DNA of 64,000 nucleotides from Anthoceros angustus. Its lineage: Eukaryota; Plantae; Anthocerotophyta. Positions within the stretch are counted from its first letter, which is position 1. The number at the start of each line of letters is the position of its first letter. The notes under the pieces are model-generated. The model saw only the letters and a list, made by a program, of their open reading frames with translations. It was not told where the DNA came from and searched no databases. The position numbers and the translations under genes were made by a program. The stretch covers positions 1 to 64,000 of the forward strand of contig MU008203.1 of the NCBI GenBank assembly GCA_010909165.1, in the 5' to 3' direction. Shown piece by piece: positions 12,107-21,596 of this stretch.

Positions 12107-13842
12107 GTCCTCCGCTCACAGTTCCTCGACAACAAGCCCGACTCCGATTCGCGTTTTCGAACCTCCGAATTTCCCTTTTCCCGCGCAAAGCAACAAAATG
12201 TCGTGAACCTGCAGAGTATCGTTCGCACGCAAGTTGCAACTGCAAGGCCGTGGAGGTGGCTAAAAATCTCGACACAAAGCACAGAATAGAGCATCCTTCC
12301 CGACGCATATGGGTCCCACCACGGAGTCCATACGCATGTAACAGTCACCGTTGGCCGCCACCATGGCGGATTCCAGAGACACAAACCCCTGCGACCTGCA
12401 TGTCTCGGTCATGTCTCGGTATCAGGATACGCATACCGTGACCAATACGTACCCTATGGATACGTATTGGTCTTCGCATCTTGTCTCCATCTCCATATCA
12501 CAAAACATTCTCGTGTACTGTCATCTTGTGGAGATCTGTAAGAGTTGTACCACATCCTTTTCAATTAGAATACAACCAGAGATATATTTGAGAATAAAAA
12601 CCGAATAGAGCCGGCGTTGTACCACATCCTGGCACATTGAGGTCAAAAATGACTGGTGGAATAAGGAGGAACCTAAACTATTATATATTATATTATATAA
12701 AATATTTGATTTTTATTTTTTATATAAAATATATTAATTAATAACATAATGAAACACCATAAGGAAAGCGGTTTGGCTCCGCATATTAGCAAGGCATGTT
12801 CCCCATACCATCAACCACTATGTGACTAACAAGTTGAGGAACCTTGAGCTTGTTTAGTCGCCCTCAATTCATGGGGTACTGGATTGTGCTCATATCTTGA
12901 AGTGGAGTTTCGGGATCCCAAGTTGCCAGCATTATAAGAGCCTATCAAAAAGTGTCCTCCTTAAAATATTGAGAAATATAAAGAATATGTAATGAATCCT
13001 TCAAAAATTTCATTTGAATTGCTGGAAGTAGGCACATCCTTATGCCCGTCCAAGGTTAGGGTGTCTGGATGCGCTCTAAGTACTCTAGAAGAATGTCAAG
13101 CAATTTCATAGATAAGGCACAGGAGATACTAGGTTTCGGGATATAAGAAAATAAAAAATAAGAGTCAATTGAGACTTAAAAGTAATCAACGGTAAGTATT
13201 CATCTCATGCCTTATGAGGATTTGTGCGCTTAACCAGAACAATAACTCGAAAGTACCACTTGGGATAGAATGGTATAGCATAAAAAAGGTTACAAAATAA
13301 TAATAACTTTATTTCTGTCCACAGAAATTGGAAGGAGAATCATGGGACAGAAATGATGTACTGAAAAATATCAAAGAACTTTATTTATGTCTACTAAGAT
13401 AGGAAGAACCACCATGGAATAGCAATGATATGAAGTAAAAAAAAGATTAAAAATAATAATTACTTCATTTATATCCACTGAGATTTGAAGACACCCATGG
13501 AATAGAAATGAATTAGGTATTTTAAAAGAGATTAAATAATAATAATAAATTTGTCTCTGTCGTGGCCCGGGCAAGGGCCCTTTTGGATTGTCTACATGAA
13601 GCTACCTGCCGCCCTCAAGATGTCCTAGTCGTGACAGCCGCCGTCAAAACGTCTGCGTCCGTGAAAAAAAAAAGAGTGCGCCAGTTACACTTCACTTGAA
13701 GGTGCTGCCTCCGCTTCCAGGAAACCACGGCTTGCACTTAGTAACCACGGCTTCCAGGAAACCATCGGGGCAACTGGGCGGCACTTGAAAAGGGAGGCTC
13801 CGTTGCACCAGAGCCAGGAACCAGGCAGTTTCAAGTCCAGCG

Positions 13843-14701
13843 ATGGCGATCAAGTGGGGGACGGTGGCGTGGTGGACACTGGTCCTCCTCTCGATTCCCT
13901 TCTCCGCGTACGCATCTGTCTTCGTCTACGGCGACTTCGATCTGTACAGGACGGCGACGATGCTGTGGGTTGCAGGCAGATTTGAAGAAGCGGGCCTCAA
14001 CATTCAGCAAAATCTCCGGGGATGGCAGGTCCGACTCGGCCCTCCTTCAATTCCCTTTCAGTTACAAATCTCACAGCAGCACTTCAAGGTCCCAGCTGAG
14101 CTTCTCCCGTCCTGCCAGGTGCACGTCCTTGGCGCATACGCCTTCATGATCGCTGCGCCCTTCCAATTCAGTCCCACCTTCCGGAAAAAAAATCCTGCAG
14201 TTCACAGGAGGTTGGGGTACTTGTTCGTGGCGGGGGCTGTGGTGACTGCTCTCTCCGCCCTCCTCGTATTGAGCCCTAACACGGAGTTCGGGAACATTGC
14301 CAAATTGACCTTCAATGTAGCCTCCATCGCGCAGCTCTTGTTCGCATTCCTGGCTGTAAGAGCTGCCCGCGCCAGCAAGTTCGACGCCCACCGGAAGTTC
14401 ATGATCAGGACTGCTGCCATAGGGTAAGCATTCGATCCTTCCACATGGTGCACAAGATAGATACCGGATGGGACATGCATGACCCCGCCTTGTTGTTTCC
14501 TCTGAACTGTGCAGATACGCCGTCATGTTTACCAGGATCCTGCCGAACATTTTTCTGGCAGCCGGAGTAGAATTCTATGCCAGCTTCGACTATTCCATGC
14601 TCACCTCGTTCTCTTTGAGCAGCGTCCTCGCAGAGATTTACATCAGGACGGCGTTGCGTCCTCCTCCTTCTACCTCATTGCTCAAATCCAAGGCTTCTTA
14701 A
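13843..14701 (+). CDS. DUF2306-like predicted membrane protein, copy 1 (exons 13843-14028, 14119-14423, 14515-14701)
   Basis: Hydrophobic protein with HVLGAYAFMIAAPFQF, VHRRLGYLFVAGA and FDAHRKFMIR motifs typical of DUF2306. Canonical GT-AG introns; stop TAA at 14699-14701. Confidence 0.75.
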
Positions 14702-14759
14702 TAGCTCCATAACGTTCTGTCCTCCAATTCTTTGTAACATTCTTCATTGTAATGGAAAA

Positions 14760-14972
14760 GAATCCTTCCTGCAATTGCCGCAAGACTGCGCATCGTCCAA
14801 AGCTGTAAGCCGAGAGTCAAACTACTCTCAGGAAATCGGCATGGACCGGCCCCGACTTTCCGAAACGTGAGTGAAATCCGCCGGAAACCTGTGTCCACAG
14901 GCAGGCCATCCACGAAATCCAGTTTGTGCGGAGGAACGTAATGGTGCCAAGCACAGCGGGCTTCCCCGGACA
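14760..14972 (-). pseudogene. Duplicated 3' fragment of the ALKBH8-like gene
   Basis: Translates to GEARCAWHHYVPPHKLDFVDGLPVDTGFRRISLTFRKVGAGPCRF, matching the C-terminus of 16223-17263. There is no 5' part. Confidence 0.85.
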
Positions 14973-15296
14973 GGAATTCTTTTTGCGGAATCCCTGGACA
15001 GGATTGGCAGCGACCAGGTTGTCGTTGCAAAATGCAAAATGCAAAAAGCAAGGTGTCGTTTCCTAGAAGCATTTGCGTTTGGTGAACAGTTTACGATTGG
15101 CTAAGAAGTTAAGACTCACCTAATCGTGAACCGTGCACTACCACTTCCCTTGAAGGTGCTGCCTACGCTTCCAGGAAACCACAGCTTGCACTTCGAAGTT
15201 GCCACTTGCACCAACCGAGGCTGAACTGACGCGCTAGCACCACTTGAAAAACGGGGGGATCCCTTGCACTAGAACCAAACAGCTTCGAGTCCAGCA

Positions 15297-16159
15297 ATGG
15301 CCATCAAGTTGGGGACGGTGGCGTGGTGGATAGTGCTCTCCATCTCGATTCCCTTCTCCGCTTACGCAGCTGTCTTCCTCTACGGCGACTTCGATCTGTA
15401 CAAGAAGGCGACGGTGCTATGGGTTGCAGGCAGATTCGACGAAGCGGGCCTCCACATTCAGCGAAATCTTCGGGCATGGCAGGTCCGTCTCCGACTCCCC
15501 CTCCTCCAATTCCTTATGAGTCACAAATCTCACAGCACCACACTTCAAGTTCACAGCTGAATTTCCTCGTCCTGCCACAGGTGCACGTCCTGGGCGCATA
15601 CGCCTTCATGGTCGCTGCGCCCTTCCAATTCAGTCCCACGTTCCGGAAAAGCAATCCTGCAATCCACAGGAGGTTGGGGTACTTGTTCGTGGCGGGGGCT
15701 GTGGTGACTGCTCTCTCCGCCCTTCTCGTATTGTCCCCTAACACGGAGTTCGGGAACATTGCTAAAGTGACCTTCAATGTAGCCTCCGTCGCTCAGCTCT
15801 TGTTCGCATTCCTGGCAGTAAAAGCTGCCCGCGCCAAGGACTTCGAATCCCACCGGAAGTTCATGATCAGGACGGCTGCCATTGGGTAAGCATTTATCCT
15901 TCCACACGGTGCACATATAGATACCGGATGAGACGTGTGACCCTCCTTGCTCGTTTCTTCTGAACTGTGCAGATACGCCGTCATGTTTACCAGGGTCTTG
16001 CCAAACTTGCTCATGGCAACCGGGGTAGAATTCTATGCCAGCTTCGACTACAGCATGCTCATCTCGTTCTCTGTGAACAGCCTCCTCGCTGAGATATATA
16101 TCAGGACGGCATTGCCTTCTTCTTCTTCTTCGTCGTTTGTCAAGTTCAAGTCTTCTTAA
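15297..16159 (+). CDS. DUF2306-like predicted membrane protein, copy 2 (three exons)
   Basis: Paralog of 13843-14701 with the same intron positions (MAIKLGTVAWW..., IHRRLGYLF, FESHRKFMIR, YAVMFTRVLPN...). Confidence 0.75.
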
Positions 16160-16222
16160 TGGCTCCATCACGTCCTGTCCTCCAATGCTTGGTCACCTTC
16201 TTTATTGTAAAGGAAAAGAATC

Positions 16223-17263
16223 CTACCTGCAATTGCCGCAAGACTGCGCATCGTCCAAAGCAGTAAGCTGGGAGTCACACTCCTCAGGAAACCGGCACCG
16301 GCAAGGACCGGCCCGGACTTTCCGAAACGTGAGCGAAACCCGCCGGGAACCTCTGTCCACAGGCAGGCCGTCCACGAAATCCCGTTTGTGGTGAGGAATG
16401 TAGTGATGCCAGGCATAGCGGGCTTCCCCGGACAAGATGAGCAACGATCTGGGAGGCAGGATGAGCGCCCGGCGCTGCCCATCGTCTCCAACTTTACCTT
16501 CCCGCCTGCCGTTCTTCCGGAACTCCATCACGCAAGGGCCAGCCAGGGACAAGGATAGAATAGCGCCTTGGAAGGCAGAATGCGTGTCGACATGCGGGGA
16601 CAGTCCCACGCCCCGGGGATACTCGTTCACAGTGAGCTGATCCAAAGGAAATCCTTCCTCCTCCCCCTCCATGGCCGCCAGCTCCTCCAGCCCTAGCATC
16701 CGCTCCAGCAAGCCGTGCACAAACTCCGGCATATCCCCCAGCCGCGCATCCAAATCCACGTTCCGGACCTTGTACAAGAACTCGTAGCCGTAGTGCTGCA
16801 CGCGCCTCTTGGCCAGGCCCTGCCACGGCCGCGCATCCACGGCAGCCACCAGATCGGCCTCCTCCTGCTTGGACACAAATTCCAGGCGGAGGAACAGGCC
16901 CGGAATCCCGACTTCCTCCGCGTCCCGGCACACCGGCAGCTGCACCTGCTCCCGCTCCCGCACCACCACGGGCTCCGCGAACTCTAGGCTCATGACGCGG
17001 CCCTGCAGCGCGGGGCAAGGGCGTCCATGCCACGCCCTGCGCGCGGCTTCGGCCGACTCCGCGGAAAAGAACGAGATGATCGCCCGGCCCCCGCTTCCGT
17101 CCGCGGCCACCACGCTCTGCACCGGCCCGTGCTGAGAGAAGGCGTCGGCAACGACGGCGAGAGAGACGCCAGCAGCCGGCCCGCAGTTGGCCGCATAGAG
17201 ATGCGGCGTCGGCGCGCTCTGGCCCCGGGGCCTGGTGAAGGATCCCTTGCTGTTGTCCGCCAT
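16223..17263 (-). CDS. ALKBH8: ALKBH8-like RRM + 2OG-Fe(II) dioxygenase (tRNA wobble modification), intronless, 346 aa
   Basis: N-terminal RRM-like region, then KRRVQHYGYEF, DQLTVNEYPRGVGLSPHVDTHSAF (HxD), GEARYAWHHYI and RVSLTFRKV, followed by a C-terminal Cys cluster. This is the plant form without a methyltransferase domain. Confidence 0.9.
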   Translation of the reverse strand: MADNSKGSFTRPRGQSAPTPHLYAANCGPAAGVSLAVVADAFSQHGPVQSVVAADGSGGRAIISFFSAESAEAARRAWHGRPCPALQGRVMSLEFAEPVVVREREQVQLPVCRDAEEVGIPGLFLRLEFVSKQEEADLVAAVDARPWQGLAKRRVQHYGYEFLYKVRNVDLDARLGDMPEFVHGLLERMLGLEELAAMEGEEEGFPLDQLTVNEYPRGVGLSPHVDTHSAFQGAILSLSLAGPCVMEFRKNGRREGKVGDDGQRRALILPPRSLLILSGEARYAWHHYIPHHKRDFVDGLPVDRGSRRVSLTFRKVRAGPCRCRFPEECDSQLTALDDAQSCGNCR

Positions 17264-17391
17264 AGCCGGAGCTGCGGGTCAAGCTGAGAAGCTCATCAAG
17301 CTCAATCCAACAGTTGTGCAGGGTTTAGTGAAAATAGGAGAAGGAAACGGTGTGCAAAATTGCGTTTGTCTTCGACGGTGAAGGTCTCGAG
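17264..17391. promoter_or_regulatory. Putative bidirectional promoter / shared 5' region
   Basis: Only 128 bp separate the divergent start codons at 17263 (-) and 17392 (+). Confidence 0.55.
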
Positions 17392-18878
17392 ATGGCTTGC
17401 GTGCCCGCCCTGCCCGCGGCGGTGGCTGCCGTAGGAGAGCAGGTGCGGGCTCCGGAGCTCTGCAGCTTCAGGAATGGGGTGGGGCAAGCAGGGCAGGCTG
17501 CGCTTGCAGCCGCGAGGCCGGGTGTGGCTGCTCCGGGGATGTCGAGGAGAGAGCGGCTTTGCGTCGCAGCTTCAGGGCCACCGCTTGGCGTAGGCAGCGC
17601 GAGGTGGGTGGGTATTGTCGTCCTGTCGTGCTGGGGATGTTTGGGGTTTGAATTTGGGTCTGACGAAGTTTGTTGCCTGTTTTCCTTGTCTGTGCGGTAG
17701 CAGCGTGAATGATATCAGGGCAGCCAAGCAGAAGGCTCCTCCTATCATGCCTGCAGTGCTCACGGGCACGGGGCCCACTGACTTGTCCACCTTGTTGTTC
17801 CGGAATCGAATTATTTTCCTGGGCTCGGCTGTGAATTCACAGGTTGCTCAGAAGGTTATCACTCAGCTGCTGACCCTGGCGGCCATTGATGAGGAAGAGG
17901 ATATCAAGGTGGGTGTTTTTCATGTTCTGGATGGTTTTGGGATTTCTGTCTGCTAGCTTCCCGTTGCTGGTTTGATAGCCATGATGTTGCTCTTATCCGG
18001 CGTGGGGGTGGCTGTCACAGATGTACATTAACTGTCCCGGAGGGAGCACGTACTCGGTGTTGGCCATCTACGACACCATGTCCTGGGTAAGCCAACATAG
18101 ACAAGATGTATGCTTGCTTGTTTGGAAAGTACGTAGTGTAGTCTGTTAGGATGACGGCTTGTCTAAGGTCGTCTGTGCTGTGCAGATCAAGCCCCACGTG
18201 AGCACAGTCTGTTTTGGAGTTGCTGCCAGTCAAGGTGCACTGCTTCTTGCAGGAGGCCAAAAGGGCAAACGCTTTGCCATGCCAAATGCCCGAATAATGA
18301 TCCATCAACCTCAAGGCGGATGTGGGGTACCTCCTTGCCGCTTTCCCATGTCTTCTGGCACTAGCAGCAGCTTTGCATTCAGTTGACAGTTGAAGCAATG
18401 CAGAGTGTTCTAGGAGGAGGTTCTTGAACCCATATTCCTGGGGATCATCTGCCTTAGCCCGAACTCAGCTGGACTTGCCTTGTATTGCTGTACGCAGGGG
18501 ACAATGGATGATGTGCGCCGGCAGGTTAATGAAGTCATGGCATCACGTGACGTATGTGTTCCTTGGCATACGTTCGTTTTGTCAGCTGTCTGTCGTTCTC
18601 ATTTCTCACCCTCTCCATGGCCTCTGCAGAAGATAGACAAGATGTATTCCGCCTTCACTGGACAGCCTCTTGAGAGAGTACAGAAGTTCACTGACCGTGA
18701 CCGTTTTTTCTCAGCAGCAGAGGTTGGCATGACTGGCAATTTGAGATGCTGCTTTGTCCTTGTCTGCATCCAAAACTGCGCAGCTCGCATTTGTTGCGTG
18801 TGGCTCATGTAAGTGATCCCGTGATGGCAGGCGATGGAGTTTGGACTTATTGATGGACTCATGGAAACCGAGTACTGA
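17392..18878 (+). CDS. CLPP6: Plastid ATP-dependent Clp protease proteolytic subunit 6 (multi-exon, transit-peptide-like N-terminus)
   Basis: Exons give PPIMPAV...[87 protein letters not shown] and [15 protein letters not shown], which is the ClpP6 pattern. Confidence 0.9.
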
Positions 18879-19236
18879 AGAAAGATTCACTCCGCGCTCC
18901 TTTACACAACTCTATACCTTGGCAAGACACTTACCAAGTGGACTGTATTGGAACATCTGTATCTGCACGAGTCACTGCCACTGTGTTGTCACTTGTACTG
19001 CTCTGCAGTCTCGTTCCTGAAGTTGCCCAAGGTTGTTTTCCCAATGCCAGTTGGAAGGGGTGGGCTATGTGAGGGTCAAGAGGATGCTTGCCTTTTATGT
19101 TTATTTGTCAACAACCGACGAAGCAGTGGTCGCAACTCCCACAATTAGGGTTGGGATCCAGGCGCTCTTCAGCAATACGGGTTATATACATATTAAGTTC
19201 TAAGCTTTTTTAACCCCCACCTCCCGTCACCTTCAT

Positions 19237-19755
19237 CTACATTTCGGGTCTCATCTTTTCACAAGTCTCGGGATTGCCCTTGTCCATCTTCCGAAATAGC
19301 TTGTAAAGCAGAGCTGCAGTGTCTGTGAAAGACGGGACCAACCTCTTGTAACAAATAGCACAAAGGATCTGCCGAACCGACACTAGGAATTCGGTGAATT
19401 TCGGCTTGTGAATTCGTTGAATTTCGGCCCCCGCGTTGCTGAACATTATGATTAATATGTTCTGAGGTGGACGACGATTTGGTGGGTGAAAATAATTTGG
19501 AATATGAAAAACTGCAGATTCTATTGCCCTAACATTTGCTGGATCAAAAACTCTTTGTAAGTTTTGTCTAGCAGTTATAATATTAGGTACATTTCCTGGG
19601 GTTTGAAACCTTAGAGTAAATAAGAAATTTGCTACTAATTCAACAAGATCTGCAATTTGTTCATGTTCTCGAGGCACCGACGCTAAATTATTACCTTGTC
19701 TATTTGCAGGTCTATTTCTACACTGCCTCTGCCTCGCTGGATTGGAATTATACAT
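19237..19755 (-). CDS. Orphan 172-aa ORF, unknown function
   Basis: Uninterrupted 519-bp ORF in otherwise AT-rich sequence. A possible acceptor (aatccag) lies near 19737. No family recognised. Confidence 0.35.
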   Translation of the reverse strand: MYNSNPARQRQCRNRPANRQGNNLASVPREHEQIADLVELVANFLFTLRFQTPGNVPNIITARQNLQRVFDPANVRAIESAVFHIPNYFHPPNRRPPQNILIIMFSNAGAEIQRIHKPKFTEFLVSVRQILCAICYKRLVPSFTDTAALLYKLFRKMDKGNPETCEKMRPEM

Positions 19756-20847
19756 AGGTGCAAATGATCAGCATAGAAGTGAACATGCGTATCTTTTCTG
19801 GTGTAATGAGAAGATGTGGATGAGATCCACAACGACATCTCTAAGATGTTAATCCCATAGATGTAAGAATCTAAGTGTAGGATTTCTATCTTAGTTACGA
19901 AGCTTAGACCTACATCACCAACACCAGAGTAGAATGCACACCATGGAGCCCTGATACCATGATAAATTATGGAGAATATGCAAATTAATTAAAGAGTGTG
20001 ATTGTACAAAGTACATATGATCTTAAGAATAAGATCAAGAGGTGTATGTCAAAAGACATACCCCAAAGTGAAGAGGTGTGACCCTAAAGAATTAATAAAT
20101 AAATAACTAATAGGGCTATATGACTAGACTCACTTAATTAATATTAAAATATATGAAATCAATATTAACCTAAACATATCATTAAATAAAGAGCTAACGT
20201 GTGATGGATAGTTTCCATGTCATTATGAGGGAAAATTCTTCCCCAATTAGCAGTAGAAGGCTGCATGTTCATATCCATGCGTATTGCCATAAATTTTTGT
20301 TGGCCTCTACGAAGTAACCCTGATATCTGTACACGAGTTGCTGGTCTAGCCTATCTGTACTCATTTGGCGCTGGCGCACTCAATAGATTGCAAGATGTGC
20401 ATCATTGCTTTATGGCTAGGTTGTGGAATTAGAGGGAGGGTTGGTGCTATGATACTATGTGATACTTCAGACAAGTTATTCAGACATGTTTGTTGAAAGA
20501 GTGCCAAACATTATGTCCAAGTAAGGCGTGAGTGCCTAAGCATGATGTTCAGTAACGGCTTCTCTGATGTCGTTTAGAATCTATCTAAAACGAAACATGC
20601 CCTAAAAAGGCAGTGTGGCTATTAAGCATGACTCGGGACCTTGTTGACGATGCAACCATGAGTCAGAGATCGACAGAAGCTGCACTTTTTGCAATCAACA
20701 GATAGCATTTTTTTTGGGAAGAAACCTGCTTGTGGAAATCCATGAAGAGTCACTCTTTATAGCAACTTTTCAAACAATGTTATACGGAAGGTTAATTGTC
20801 CCAGGCGTTTCTTTCAAGTATCCATGGACTTCCGATTTCTGGAAGGT

Positions 20848-21250
20848 TCAGAAGAAAGCCATAATCGTGGCCGCAAAACCATGATCTTGTGGAACTTGAA
20901 ATCCCATTCTTCTGAAGGTAAAACTCAATCTAGGTGTTGCTACTAGGTTGTAGTACACATGTCTGCAAAAGTCGGGATGGCATCCGGGACCGCTGGATGA
21001 TGCCTTGGGAACAGTATGGGTTCCTCTGGGAAGTTGGATCACGGTGAAGACGGAGCTGCACCATCGCTGACCTTAATATTAATGCCTCGTTGGAGGAGGA
21101 TGTGCCGGTTCTTGGTGAAGTCTACACAAATACATAGCTCCTTCACAAGCCGCTTCGTTCAAACGGTCCCACATCATTGTTCCCAAAGTGCCCGAAGCTG
21201 GATCATCACTGCGAGCTGTGGCTCAGGAAAGGGAAAGAATTCTTAAACCT
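20848..21250 (-). pseudogene. Degenerate AlkB-family (ALKBH9/10-like) dioxygenase fragment
   Basis: After a tttgcag acceptor the frame reads HVYYNLVATPRLSFTFRRM, resembling the AlkB H...RISxTFRKM terminus. Upstream pieces (HILLQRGINIKV, VIQLPRG) need frameshifts. Confidence 0.35.
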
Positions 21251-21596
21251 GTGGGAAGGTAAACCCGCAGTTTAATCTGTTGAGCAGCGAAGAATGGAGA
21301 GATTGTTGTAGGGGATGACTTTTGGAAGTTCCACCTGCAGGTGATACATTCTTACAGTCCGGAGAGCCTCGAGATACATGTACGAGTGGGACAGCCGCTC
21401 GTGACAGCCTACATGTGAGGGCCTGCTTCCAAGAATTTGAGATGTCTCCTGGTTCTCTCAGACTCGCCTAAAATGTTCTTCGCAGATACTTTACATCCTG
21501 TTCGTGGTGGAAATTTCTGTTCTCAACGATGTCTGGTCGCCATGTTATGCAAACTACTTACAAAGTACTTACAAGTGCTGTATGAAGTAGATAGAC

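Noticed and set aside
11129-12206. Long plus-strand ORFs (281 aa, 332 aa) opposite FANCI exon 1
   Set aside because: Antisense shadow frames of a GC-rich coding exon, with no recognisable motifs.
16494-17282. 262-aa Gly/Arg-rich ORF overlapping ALKBH8
   Set aside because: An alternative frame of a high-GC gene with low-complexity composition.
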